Of a stretch of DNA of 64,000 nucleotides, positions 47,731-57,636 are shown one piece after another. Location: assembly GCA_050633245.1 (NCBI GenBank), contig JBOEGD010000030.1, positions 32,001 to 96,000 on the forward strand. The letters run 5' to 3'. The translations under genes and the position numbers were made by a program. Position 1 is the first letter of the stretch; every line of letters begins with the position of its first letter. The notes beneath the pieces are model-generated. The model saw nothing but the letters and a program-made list of their open reading frames with translations. It was not told where the DNA came from and did no database searches. Source of the stretch: Calditrichia bacterium (GTDB taxonomy: Bacteria > Calditrichota > Calditrichia > RBG-13-44-9 > J075).

Positions 47731-50637
47731 TTATTCTACTTCAGAATATTCCTCAAGTGGAGGGCAGGCGCAAACCAAATTTCGATCTCCAAAGGCATTG
47801 TCAATTCGACCAACAGTTGGCCAAAATTTTCTCAGGCGCACAAACGGTAGCGGATAGACCGCCTGCTCACGAGAATAAGCGTGTTCCCAATCCGATGACA
47901 GAGCCTCTGTAGCGGTATGAGGCGAATTCTTCAGCACATTGTCTTCCGCATCGGCAACGCCAAGCTTAACATCCTGTATTTCGCGATAAATAGATAACAT
48001 TGCTTCACAAAAGCGATCGAGCTCGGCTTTGGATTCACTTTCAGTTGGTTCAATCATCATCGTTCCGATAACCGGCCACGACATGGTCGGTGCATGAAAA
48101 CCGTAATCCATCAAACGCTTCGCAATATCCTCTGCGTCCACTCCCGCTTCACCTTTGAACACACGCGTATCAATAATCAGTTCATGAGCAACAAAACCAT
48201 TACTTCCGGTATAGAGCGCCTTATAGTAGCCTTCAAGACAAGCCTTGATATAATTTGCATTCAATATTGCATATCGCGTCGACTCGGTAATTCCCCGCAG
48301 CCCTAACATTTTTATGTAGGCATAGGAAATTAACAGAATCGAAGCGCTACCCCAGGGCGCGGCCGAAATCGCCGAAATCGCCTTGGAACCACCAGTCTCA
48401 ACCTCTACATGTCCGGGCAGGTACGGAGCAAGATGCTTAGCTACACAAATTGGTCCCATTCCGGGTCCACCACCACCATGCGGAATGCTAAACGTTTTGT
48501 GTAAGTTCAAGTGACACACATCTGCGCCAATTAATCCGGGATTGGTTAACCCAACCTGTGCATTCATATTTGCGCCATCCATGTATACCTGACCACCAAA
48601 CTCATGAACAATTGAGCAGGCTTCCTGAACTGTTTCCTCAAATACACCGTGAGTAGATGGATAGGTAATCATTAATGCAGAGAGCGCGTCTGCGTGCTTC
48701 TCCGCTTTTTCGCGAAGATCCTGCAAATCGATATTTCCATTGTCTTCGCAGCGAATAACAACAACCTTCATTCCCGCCATAATTGCGCTGGCAGGATTGG
48801 TACCATGTGCAGATGATGGAATCAGAGCCACATTGCGATGGTGATCGCCGTGGTTTTGGTGATAAGCACGAATCACCATCATGCCGGCGTATTCTCCCTG
48901 AGCACCGGAGTTTGGTTGAAGAGATACCGCATCAAAACCTGTTATCTGGCATAACATGCGTTCTAACTCAGTAAAGATTTCGCTGTATCCGGCAGCTTGC
49001 TCCTTTGGAACAAACGGATGAAGCTTGCCAAACTCTGGCCACGTTACCGGTATGAGTTCGGCGGCAGCATTTAATTTCATTGTGCAGGAGCCAAGTGGAA
49101 TCATAGAGTTTGTAAGCGAAAGGTCTTTTTCTTCCAGAGACTTTATATAACGCATCATGTCGGTTTCACTACGATGCTTATGAAAAACCGGGTGCTCCAT
49201 AAATGGCGTATTTCTTTTCAGCGAAGAGCTGAATCTTAAATCGTCATCGTTGAATGAATCCAGATTTACGGCAGAAGCAGAGGCGCCGGTTAACGTTGAA
49301 AAGACAGCAAGAATCGCGTCCACATCGGCAAGGTCGGTTGTCTCGTTTACAGAAATACCGACGTGCCTGCCATCGATATAGCGAAAGTTAATTCCGGAAG
49401 CCAGCGCCGCTTTTTGCAGATCATCTGCGGAATGATCCCCGAGAGCAATTTTGATCGTATCAAAATATGTTTTGTTCAACTGCTCGAAACCGAGGTCAGT
49501 CAGTTCAGTACTTAGAATTTTAGCCTGAGCATGAACGCGTTCAGCGATTTCCTTCAACCCCTCTGGCCCATGATAAACGGCATAGAAGCCAGCCATGTTT
49601 GCCAGTAATACCTGGGCAGTACAAATATTTGACGTTGCCTTTTCACGGCGAATATGCTGCTCACGTGTTTGCAGTGCCATACGATACGCCTTATTGCCAT
49701 GCCGATCTACCGAGACCCCTATCAAACGACCTGGCAGCTGTCGTTTGTAGGCTTCCTTGGTTGCCAGGAAGGCAGAGTGTGGCCCGCCATACCCCATTGG
49801 AACGCCAAAGCGCTGAGCTGAACCAACTACGGCATCTGCGCCCATGCTGCCGGGAGATTTTAATAAGACCAAGCTGAGCAAGTCTGCAGAAACAGTAACT
49901 AAAACATCTTTTTCATGTGCGGTGGCAATGAGATCAGAATAATCGTGCACGTTGCCATCGAGATCAGGGTATTGTAAGAGTGCACCAAACACATCATCGC
50001 TAAAGTTGAATTCTGAAGGTAGTTGTATTCGCAGCTCAATATCCATGGGAACAGAACGGGTCTTTAGAATATCAATCGTTTGCGGCAAGCAAGTACTGGA
50101 AACCAGAAAAACATTAGCATTCTGCTTGCGCTTTGCGGCTGAGCGCGCGCGATACAGCAAGACCATTGCTTCTGCCGCTGCCGTTCCTTCATCGAGCAGC
50201 GAAGCGTTAGAAATTTCCATTCCGGTAAGATCCGCAACCGCTGTTTGATAATTAATCAGTGCTTCAAGCCGTCCTTGAGAGATCTCTGCCTGATACGGCG
50301 TATAAGACGTATACCAACTGGGATTTTCCAACACGTTCCGCAAAATTACGTTCGGGACAATACAATCGTGATAGCCCATACCGATGTACGATTTATAGAT
50401 AGAGTTTTTTGCTGCCGTTGCTTTTAGCTCGGTAAGAAAATGATGTTCACTCTGAGCAGGATCTATCGCCAGTTCTTTTTTTAAGCGGATTGATTGCGGA
50501 ACAGTCTTATCGATAAGTTCATCTAAAGACGCTACCCCAACTTTTTGAAGCATTGCGGAGACATCGTTCGAGCTGGTATTCAGATGTCTGGACTCGAAAG
50601 ACTCGAACTGTCTGATATTCTTTTTAAGCTTGCTCAT
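47731..50637 (-). CDS. gcvP: Glycine dehydrogenase (decarboxylating), P-protein
   Basis: [38 protein letters not shown]. Confidence 0.97.
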   Translation of the reverse strand: MSKLKKNIRQFESFESRHLNTSSNDVSAMLQKVGVASLDELIDKTVPQSIRLKKELAIDPAQSEHHFLTELKATAAKNSIYKSYIGMGYHDCIVPNVILRNVLENPSWYTSYTPYQAEISQGRLEALINYQTAVADLTGMEISNASLLDEGTAAAEAMVLLYRARSAAKRKQNANVFLVSSTCLPQTIDILKTRSVPMDIELRIQLPSEFNFSDDVFGALLQYPDLDGNVHDYSDLIATAHEKDVLVTVSADLLSLVLLKSPGSMGADAVVGSAQRFGVPMGYGGPHSAFLATKEAYKRQLPGRLIGVSVDRHGNKAYRMALQTREQHIRREKATSNICTAQVLLANMAGFYAVYHGPEGLKEIAERVHAQAKILSTELTDLGFEQLNKTYFDTIKIALGDHSADDLQKAALASGINFRYIDGRHVGISVNETTDLADVDAILAVFSTLTGASASAVNLDSFNDDDLRFSSSLKRNTPFMEHPVFHKHRSETDMMRYIKSLEEKDLSLTNSMIPLGSCTMKLNAAAELIPVTWPEFGKLHPFVPKEQAAGYSEIFTELERMLCQITGFDAVSLQPNSGAQGEYAGMMVIRAYHQNHGDHHRNVALIPSSAHGTNPASAIMAGMKVVVIRCEDNGNIDLQDLREKAEKHADALSALMITYPSTHGVFEETVQEACSIVHEFGGQVYMDGANMNAQVGLTNPGLIGADVCHLNLHKTFSIPHGGGGPGMGPICVAKHLAPYLPGHVEVETGGSKAISAISAAPWGSASILLISYAYIKMLGLRGITESTRYAILNANYIKACLEGYYKALYTGSNGFVAHELIIDTRVFKGEAGVDAEDIAKRLMDYGFHAPTMSWPVIGTMMIEPTESESKAELDRFCEAMLSIYREIQDVKLGVADAEDNVLKNSPHTATEALSSDWEHAYSREQAVYPLPFVRLRKFWPTVGRIDNAFGDRNLVCACPPLEEYSEVE

Positions 50638-50995
50638 GGCACTCTCATATGTTGGTTATTTTATAGTAATTCTTTTCAAGTCACCCTATACCCGCGCCTG
50701 AGCGCGCCTAATCTTTCCCAAAATGCAATCGAAATTAAATCATTTTTAAATGACTTGCTACTGTTTTTTAAGACATTGAATGTAATTGGACGAACGAATG
50801 CCTTGCTGGAAGTTCACGCATTCTTTTTGGGAGAGAACAAAAACATTGTCATGATAAAAGTGTTAATACAATATTAGATCTACGTCTTTAACAAACGGAG
50901 AAAGTTTTTTGCAGAATCTTAAAGGTGGAGGTTTTTAAGAAAAAATTCAAAATTCTTTACTGATTAACAGAATATAGAGTACCCGTCTAGCTCAC

Positions 50996-51028
50996 AAGAT
51001 TGGAGCATTGTCAGAATGCTCCAATCTT
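50996..51028. repeat. Palindromic form of the REP-like repeat
   Basis: AAGATTGGAGCATT-GTCAG-AATGCTCCAATCTT, just after the stop of the upstream gene. Confidence 0.8.
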
Positions 51029-51035
51029 AGAAAAA

Positions 51036-52760
51036 TCAGCGAACGAGCAGCATCTTTTTTACCTCGATATTCCCATCAAACTGCATTCGGTAAAGATAGA
51101 CTCCGCTTGCGAGATTCGCAGCGTCAAAGGACAGCTGATACTGTCCGGCTGCGCGGGATTCGTTTAATAATATCGCTACGGTTCGACCAAGCGGGTCGAC
51201 AACATCAATGTAAATCGATCCCGATTGCCGGGTAGCAAACTCGATAGTCGTAGCCGGGTTAAACGGATTCGGATAGTTTTGCTTTAGTTCGAAGGATTTG
51301 GCAACAGCTGAAGTTGTAGGCTCAAGTCCTGTTAACACCGGAGACATTGAGCGAAAGACGCCACTACCATTGGTTCCGGCATAAACATGGCCAGCATTAT
51401 CAACCACAAAGGACCAGACGCCCGCATTTGTCAGACCGTCGTTAAAGGGCACCCAATTAGCACCTGCATCATCAGAGCGGAAAATGCCAGCCCCGTGGCT
51501 GGCAGCCAACATGTATGGTCCGGCTTCAAGAATATCCATTACGTGCGTATTGGGAAGAGCAATTTGCGACCAGCTAACTCCGGAATAGCGATAGATACCA
51601 TCAAACCAGGCACCCGCTAAAAAGCCGCCAGCGACATCAGGCTCTAACGTGCGCACATCAATTCCAGAGAGTCCAATAAGATCCCAGGAATCTCCACGAC
51701 TACTGCTGCTGTAAAGGCCTTCACCTGCCGTTCCGGCAAAAACATCACCAGATTGATCAACCGCAATCTTGTAAACAATGGTGCTCAATAAACTCGGGTC
51801 AGATTTATTCTCCCAATTTAGACCACTGTCTTCCGAACGAAAAACACCACTCAATACAGTTCCGGCATAAACTTCACCCGCAGGCGCTTCAGCCATAGTT
51901 AGAACAACTGAACTGCCCAAGCCATTATTTGCCTGTGTCCAATTCAACCCATTATCGTTACTTCGAAAAATGCCATCACCATTTGTAGCGGCGAACAGGT
52001 TACCAGACTGCGTGGCTATCAGATCTAAAACGTCGAGATTCGATAGGCCGGTATTTCGTTGGGTCCACTCGGACATGCCATTCTCGGAGAAGAATACGCC
52101 ACCGGTATCACTTGCAACAAAAACGCCATTAGACGTACTGACCATCGCATTCACAATAATATTATTCAGATCGGTGTGAATCCAGTCTACCCGCTCAATG
52201 TTACTGCCACCAGCTTCCAGAATCCACAGTCCACGCTCTGTATCCAGCGCAATTAAAACTCCATCGACAAATGCAATATCTGTCAGGAGCCTATTGTTTA
52301 AAGGAATATTTATCTCAGTCCAGGCACGCCGGTTTTTATAAATCACTACGATACGTTGATCATTGGTAAGGGCATAAAAGGCTTCATCTGAGACGGTAAT
52401 TGCAAGAGGTCTTTGAGAGGCCTCATAAGCAGGCACACGAAAGGAAGGTGATTTTGCATTCTCCTGCAGCTGTTTGTTAAATCGTGTTAGAAGAGTTGCT
52501 TCAATATTTTCAACCGTTCCATCGATGCGCACCCAGTTGAGTCCACGATCGGCGGATTGCCAAAAGCGTTGTCGACTTTCATGTGTGGCAGTAAGCAGGC
52601 GACCGTTATCGGATCCGGTGATTGAAACAGCTTCAGAAGGAAGCGCGCTCCCGGATTGTTGCCAGCTGGCAATCTGCGAATGGCCTGGTGTGATAAGGAA
52701 GAATAATAGCAGGCAAACGATTAAGCTGCCTGGGGCTATATGAAGAAATATGTTTTTCAT
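51036..52760 (-). CDS. Secreted BNR/YCF48-type beta-propeller protein with T9SS-like C-terminal domain
   Basis: Signal peptide; repeated GIFRSxDxGxNW; QNYPNPFNP...ASGVYLY..KKMLLVR. Confidence 0.85.
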   Translation of the reverse strand: MKNIFLHIAPGSLIVCLLLFFLITPGHSQIASWQQSGSALPSEAVSITGSDNGRLLTATHESRQRFWQSADRGLNWVRIDGTVENIEATLLTRFNKQLQENAKSPSFRVPAYEASQRPLAITVSDEAFYALTNDQRIVVIYKNRRAWTEINIPLNNRLLTDIAFVDGVLIALDTERGLWILEAGGSNIERVDWIHTDLNNIIVNAMVSTSNGVFVASDTGGVFFSENGMSEWTQRNTGLSNLDVLDLIATQSGNLFAATNGDGIFRSNDNGLNWTQANNGLGSSVVLTMAEAPAGEVYAGTVLSGVFRSEDSGLNWENKSDPSLLSTIVYKIAVDQSGDVFAGTAGEGLYSSSSRGDSWDLIGLSGIDVRTLEPDVAGGFLAGAWFDGIYRYSGVSWSQIALPNTHVMDILEAGPYMLAASHGAGIFRSDDAGANWVPFNDGLTNAGVWSFVVDNAGHVYAGTNGSGVFRSMSPVLTGLEPTTSAVAKSFELKQNYPNPFNPATTIEFATRQSGSIYIDVVDPLGRTVAILLNESRAAGQYQLSFDAANLASGVYLYRMQFDGNIEVKKMLLVR

Positions 52761-52949
52761 GGCGTCAGTTGGGTTTAGTGAAACTTCGATGATTTTGTTT
52801 ATTCACTTATATCGGCAGAATTTAATTCTACTTTTCCCGACAAATCGCCTGTTCCCGTAAAAAGATAAGGTACATCTTTGCTTTTTCAAAACGTGAAAGG
52901 CTTTTGCCTAAAATTCGATAAGACCCCTAAGAGTTCTCAAGTAATCTAC

Positions 52950-52966
52950 ATCAAATGCTATGCCAG
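52950..52966 (-). promoter_or_regulatory. Sigma54-type promoter (-24/-12)
   Basis: CTGGCATAGCATTTGAT on the minus strand. Confidence 0.65.
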
Positions 52967-53065
52967 CTAATAGCAGCAAAGCAAAAAACAAACACAGGTT
53001 GTTGTTTATTAAAAACTTAAATCCAAAAATCCAGTTAAGCATTCTCGTATATAAAAAAGACTCGC

Positions 53066-53099
53066 TGCAAATTTTGCAGCGAGTCTTGCAGGATATGCA
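53066..53099. promoter_or_regulatory. Tandem enhancer (UAS) sites TGCA-N5-TGCA
   Basis: 53066-53078 and 53087-53099, 21 bp apart. Confidence 0.6.
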
Positions 53100-53107
53100 A
53101 CTTTTAT

Positions 53108-53144
53108 GGAAAAGGCAGACCGGCTTAGCCGGCCCGCCTTTTCC
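53108..53144 (-). terminator. Terminator hairpin after the DUF4397 gene
   Basis: GGAAAAGGCGGGCCGGC-TAA-GCCGGTCTGCCTTTTCC; G-U pairs fit the minus strand. Confidence 0.7.
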
Positions 53145-53170
53145 GGGGTCCGTCCCTTGGGTTCCATGGG

Positions 53171-56100
53171 TTATTTGGACAACACCATTTTTCGGGAGGA
53201 TACAAATGAGCCTGCATTTATTTGATAGAAATAAACACCCGACGGGAACTGTGCAGCATTAAAGTCCAGTGTGTAAGCACCAGCACTCTGACGCTCACTT
53301 ACCAGGGTTGCTACTTTCTGTCCGGCAATGTTGAAGATAGTAACAGTTACGTCGCTTGATTGCGGAATAGAGTAGCGGATCGTAGTCGTCGGGTTGAACG
53401 GATTCGGATAGTTCTGCTCAAGCTCGAAGTTATTGATCGTTCCATCGAGCAGATCATCCTCAATACCTACGATTGGCGAGAACTCTACTACATCGCCATT
53501 TGGCAGTGCAGCAAAGAGTCCAAAAGCAGGACCGTTCTGGTTTGCTGAAGGCGTTAGGAAGCCAGAGGCAAAAACCTGAGCGGCTCCACCGGCAAGACCG
53601 GAAAGGTCAGCAGTAAAAGAAGCCACTACGGTTGAACCACTCGCATCCGTTACATCGAGTGTGTATGAAGCAGCAGGGACGCCAACATATCCCGTAATGT
53701 CACCATATGCCGCGTCGTCTACCAAGGTTGCAACACCGCGCGCAACGACGTCGACAGTTGGTGCATCGGAGGAGCCATGCAGCGCAGAGAACTCAACTGT
53801 ATTAACATCAGTAGAAGCTTCTTGACCTGTTGGATTGATGAACAGACCGAAAGCAGTACTTCGTCCATCCGGGTTCGGAGCAAATGCACTCGGATCGAGA
53901 ACACCATTGGCAATAACCACATAGGTCTCACCAGGAGTCAGAGTTACATTGAAATTAGCTAATGTATCACCAACACCACCGCTATTCGGACCGGCAACAC
54001 CAATGTCAATCGGCGTGCCCGCAGGTGCATCAATAAATGCAGTGGCATCACGGAAGGCAAAATCATCAAGAAGAATTCCACCGTTAAGATAAATATCAAC
54101 AACTGCTGCGCCAGGATCAGCGGCATTGTGAATGACTTGAACACGCGCTGTGTTGATCGCAGGAAATTCTACGATGTCACCCGTTGGTAAGGCTGCGAAT
54201 AAACCGAAAGCTGCGCCATTTTGATTTGCTGAAGGATCTAAAAATCCGGAAGCGAAAACAGTAGCGGCTCCGCCGGCGAGTCCCGAAAGATCAGCGGCGA
54301 AGGATGCGACCGTTACTGCTCCGCTTCCATCTTTTACGTCTAATGTATATGCTGCAGGGGGAACACCAATATAGCCGGTGATGTCACCATATGCTGCGTT
54401 GTCTACCAGTGTCGCAACACCCCGCGCATCAACATCAACAGTCGGCGCATCGGAAGAACCATGAACAGCAGCGAATTCAACGGTTGCCGGATCGCTGGAA
54501 GCTTCCTGGCCAACCGGATTAATAAATAAACCAAAAGCAGTGCTACGGCCATCAGGGTTCGGAGCAAAAGCTGTTGGATCGAGAACACCATTGGCAATGA
54601 TTACATACGTTTCACCAGCTGTAAGCGTCGCAGTAAAGTTCGCAAGCGTATCGCCTACACCGCCACTGTTAGGGCCAGCAACACCAATATCAAGCGGCGT
54701 GCCCGCAGGAGCATCAATAAATGCTGTTGCATCGCGGAAAGCAAAGTCGTCTAGAAGAAGTCCGCCGTTTAGGTAGACATCGACAATCGCTGCTGCCGGG
54801 TCGGCTGCATTGTGAATAACTTGAACACGGGCGGTTGTGATTGCCGGGAACTCTACAACATCACCTGTAGGTAAGGCTGCAAATAGCCCGAAAGCTGCAC
54901 CGTTTTGATTTGCTGAAGGATCCAGAAAACCGGAGGCGAACACCTGGGCTGCCCCGCCGGCAAGTCCGGAAAGGTCAGCTGCAAAGGACGCTACGGTTAC
55001 AGTACCTGTTGCATCTTTTACATCAAGCGTATAAGCTGCTGGTGGGACACCAACGTAACCGGTAATGTCGCCATAAGCTGCATCATTTACCAGAGTAGCA
55101 ACGCCGCGGGCATCGACATCAACTGTGGGCGCATCGGAAGAGCCATGTAAGGCAGAAAACTCAACCGTCGCTGGATCGGTGGATGCTTCCTGACCGAGTG
55201 GGTTTACGAACAGGGTAAAAGCAGTACTACGACCATCAGGGTTCGGCGCGAAAGCTGTTGGATCAAGAACACCGTTGGCGACAACAACGTAGGTCTCACC
55301 TGGTGTCAAAGTCACATTAAAGTTAGCAAGCGTATCGCCTACGCCACCACTATTCGGGCCAGCGACACCTATATCAATTGGTGTACCTGCAGGCGCATCG
55401 ATAAATGAAGTAGCATCGCGGAAAGCAAAATCATCAAGAAGAAGACCGCCATTGAGATACACATCCACAAGCGCAGCGCCTGGATCAGCCGCATTGTGAA
55501 TTACCTGGACTCGAGCAGTATTCGCTGCAGCACTTCCTTTATGAATAACGTGATCGACCCACAAATTGTCTGATGAGCTTCCTGAAGGACCTCCATCAGT
55601 TATGTAATAATTGATGGCGACGAATGGCTCGCTACCGGCAAATGCAGACATATCAAACGCATAACGATTCCAGGAACTAACAGGGCCATCGACTTTAAAG
55701 TAGCCAACAAGGTCTGTAAAGCTACCAAGTGAACTGTCGGTAGTCGAAACCCAAACACGAAGCGAATCAGGAAAATTACCATCGATTGCGCCAGCATAAA
55801 AGATTAGACTATCACCAGACTCAACGGCCGGTAATTGAGGTGAGATGATATATTCATCAATCAGAAACCCATTCGCATTATTAAAGCTGCTGAAAAAGAA
55901 ACTTTGTCCGGCTTCCGGGAAAATAGAATCACCGCTGAGAAAACCGACATCTTGACGAAATTCCCATCCGGCACCACTGCCGTCGTTATCAATCAACTGC
56001 CAACCGGCGGGCAGCGTAGTGGTATCAAATGTTTCTTCAAACTTAACGTTTTTCTCAGCAGCAACTTCCTGATTGCCGGGAACACCGCGCTCAAATTCAG

Positions 56101-56200
56101 TCGCGCGAATGCGATCTACAATTTCATCCTGCGCCAATAACGACATTGGCAGAACAAAAGCTGCAATCAGCAAACCTCGTAGTAAAACAGTAAACTTCAT
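53171..56200 (-). CDS. Secreted protein: cleaved-adhesin-like domain + 3 tandem DUF4397-type repeats + T9SS-like C-terminal domain
   Basis: ATG at 56200 with SD GGAGG; signal peptide; GWQLIDNDG..DEYIISP; ARVQVIHNAADP three times at a 684-nt period; QNYPNPFNP. Confidence 0.85.
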   Translation of the reverse strand: MKFTVLLRGLLIAAFVLPMSLLAQDEIVDRIRATEFERGVPGNQEVAAEKNVKFEETFDTTTLPAGWQLIDNDGSGAGWEFRQDVGFLSGDSIFPEAGQSFFFSSFNNANGFLIDEYIISPQLPAVESGDSLIFYAGAIDGNFPDSLRVWVSTTDSSLGSFTDLVGYFKVDGPVSSWNRYAFDMSAFAGSEPFVAINYYITDGGPSGSSSDNLWVDHVIHKGSAAANTARVQVIHNAADPGAALVDVYLNGGLLLDDFAFRDATSFIDAPAGTPIDIGVAGPNSGGVGDTLANFNVTLTPGETYVVVANGVLDPTAFAPNPDGRSTAFTLFVNPLGQEASTDPATVEFSALHGSSDAPTVDVDARGVATLVNDAAYGDITGYVGVPPAAYTLDVKDATGTVTVASFAADLSGLAGGAAQVFASGFLDPSANQNGAAFGLFAALPTGDVVEFPAITTARVQVIHNAADPAAAIVDVYLNGGLLLDDFAFRDATAFIDAPAGTPLDIGVAGPNSGGVGDTLANFTATLTAGETYVIIANGVLDPTAFAPNPDGRSTAFGLFINPVGQEASSDPATVEFAAVHGSSDAPTVDVDARGVATLVDNAAYGDITGYIGVPPAAYTLDVKDGSGAVTVASFAADLSGLAGGAATVFASGFLDPSANQNGAAFGLFAALPTGDIVEFPAINTARVQVIHNAADPGAAVVDIYLNGGILLDDFAFRDATAFIDAPAGTPIDIGVAGPNSGGVGDTLANFNVTLTPGETYVVIANGVLDPSAFAPNPDGRSTAFGLFINPTGQEASTDVNTVEFSALHGSSDAPTVDVVARGVATLVDDAAYGDITGYVGVPAASYTLDVTDASGSTVVASFTADLSGLAGGAAQVFASGFLTPSANQNGPAFGLFAALPNGDVVEFSPIVGIEDDLLDGTINNFELEQNYPNPFNPTTTIRYSIPQSSDVTVTIFNIAGQKVATLVSERQSAGAYTLDFNAAQFPSGVYFYQINAGSFVSSRKMVLSK

Positions 56201-56331
56201 AGAAGCCTCCAGATAAGATAGGGTTTTGGTTATTTGGGTTACACTTAAATTATCATACATACGTTGACTGCCTTGGGTTGAAGCAGACTTCGCTAAATAG
56301 TCAATTCGAAACCGCTTATGCCCGTTTTAAT

Positions 56332-56348
56332 ATCAAAGGTTGTGCCAA
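56332..56348 (-). promoter_or_regulatory. Sigma54-type promoter (-24/-12)
   Basis: TTGGCACAACCTTTGAT on the minus strand. Confidence 0.7.
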
Positions 56349-56436
56349 CGACAAAAGGGGGACAAGCAAACCCATGCTAAATAGACACTTAGAACAAAAA
56401 AGGCGAGATGGGCCGAGTTAAGAGGATCTGCTGAAA

Positions 56437-56470
56437 TGCAAAATTTGCAGCAGTGATTGCAGAATTTGCG
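56437..56470. promoter_or_regulatory. Tandem enhancer (UAS) sites TGCA-N5-TGCR
   Basis: 56437-56449 and 56458-56470, 21 bp apart. Confidence 0.6.
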
Positions 56471-56498
56471 AACGATAAGCGTTTTGCGCGTTCAGCAA

Positions 56499-57269
56499 TT
56501 AGAAGCGGATTGTAAGGCCAACTGAAGAAGTGGAGAGATTGGGCTGGATTGAGATAGATTCATCTTTAATCTGACTAAAGAATATTGCATCAATATGAGA
56601 ACTTAGCCATACGGATGCCAGGGCGTAGCCCCAGTAAAACTGACGCTGATATGAGTCATTGTATGTGTTGTAGCGAGATTCAAGAAGAGCGCGATCCGTT
56701 TCATTGATATACTCGTCGAAGCGGGTTTGTGTATTCAAGATAGACTGCCCGGTGCCGGTAATAGAAATTACTCCCATTGTAGCCCAGACAATGCCTTTAA
56801 TCTTATAGCCTCGGCGATATTGTTCCCAACCGGGAAAAACCAATGACCGCCAGGGTCGATTCTCTTTTTCAAAAGCCATTGCTGCTTCAATTGCGCTAAG
56901 GCGTTGTTGGATAGCAACAGCATAGTCCAGCTTAGCTTGTTGAAATACAAGTAAGATTTTGGGTGAAGTCGTTAATCGATCCAGCTCGATCGTCGGGTCG
57001 ATATCAAGCATCTGCCTGAAATAACTACGCGCAACTTCACTGTCATCGTTTTGGATGCGCTGAAAAGCACCGTAGCGATATATCTCTACCTGTACATCAG
57101 CCGGGTATTTTTGCGGTTGTTCGAAAGCTTTTTCGAGCAGACTATCTAATGCACTATAGTTGAAATTGTCGTAGGCAGATTTTAGCTCATCAGCCAGGCT
57201 TGATGACTGGCTAAAAACCGGAGCCACGAGAACAGACAGGAAAAGCGCTATGGTGAGTTTTTCTATCAT
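56499..57269 (-). CDS. Secreted/membrane protein with TPR-like N-terminus and DUF5683-like C-terminus
   Basis: Signal peptide; ARSYFRQMLDIDP..SPKI; RSLVFPGWEQY..KG; terminal LTIRF. Confidence 0.7.
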   Translation of the reverse strand: MIEKLTIALFLSVLVAPVFSQSSSLADELKSAYDNFNYSALDSLLEKAFEQPQKYPADVQVEIYRYGAFQRIQNDDSEVARSYFRQMLDIDPTIELDRLTTSPKILLVFQQAKLDYAVAIQQRLSAIEAAMAFEKENRPWRSLVFPGWEQYRRGYKIKGIVWATMGVISITGTGQSILNTQTRFDEYINETDRALLESRYNTYNDSYQRQFYWGYALASVWLSSHIDAIFFSQIKDESISIQPNLSTSSVGLTIRF

Positions 57270-57394
57270 ACAGAGCTTATCTGAATCAAAGGGTTATCAG
57301 TTATTCCTAGCCTGTTAATATACGCAGGAAAAACGAATTCGCTTCAAAAAAAGTTCCGAGTTTTGCCGGAAAAAGAGTATCCTGAATTGAGAGC

Positions 57395-57425
57395 AACAGG
57401 AGCAGTTTCGAAAACTTCTCCTGTT
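57395..57425. repeat. REP-like palindrome, GGAGCAGTTT family
   Basis: AACAGGAGCAGTTTCGAAAACTTCTCCTGTT. Confidence 0.65.
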
Positions 57426-57465
57426 TTGGAAAAGGGGTTTCTTTAAATTGTAAAAGAACAAACAC

Positions 57466-57630
57466 TGGAGCATTGTCAGAATGGAGCAGTCTTGGGATTT
57501 TTGAGACTCTGTACTTAATTATAAAAAAGACATGAAATTTTGAAAAATATATTCAAAATCTCACATTGGAGCATTGTCAGAATGGAGCAGTCTTTATTAT
57601 AAAAAACACCGAAAATTTTGAAAAAAAAAT
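57466..57630 (+). repeat. REP-like doublet element, copy 2 (28-bp repeats at 57466-57493 and 57567-57594)
   Basis: TGGAGCATTGTCAGAATGGAGCAGTCTT twice with a 101-bp period. Confidence 0.85.
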
Positions 57631-57636
57631 AAAGTT

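Noticed and set aside
50638-50995. Glycine riboswitch upstream of gcvP
   Set aside because: No GGAGA..CCGAAG..CTCTCAGG aptamer pattern on the coding strand.
52810-52910. c-di-GMP-I riboswitch-like words (GGCAAA..GCAAAG..TGCCGA) in the beta-propeller gene leader
   Set aside because: The P2 stem with GNRA loop and the tetraloop receptor cannot be formed convincingly. An Infernal scan would settle it.
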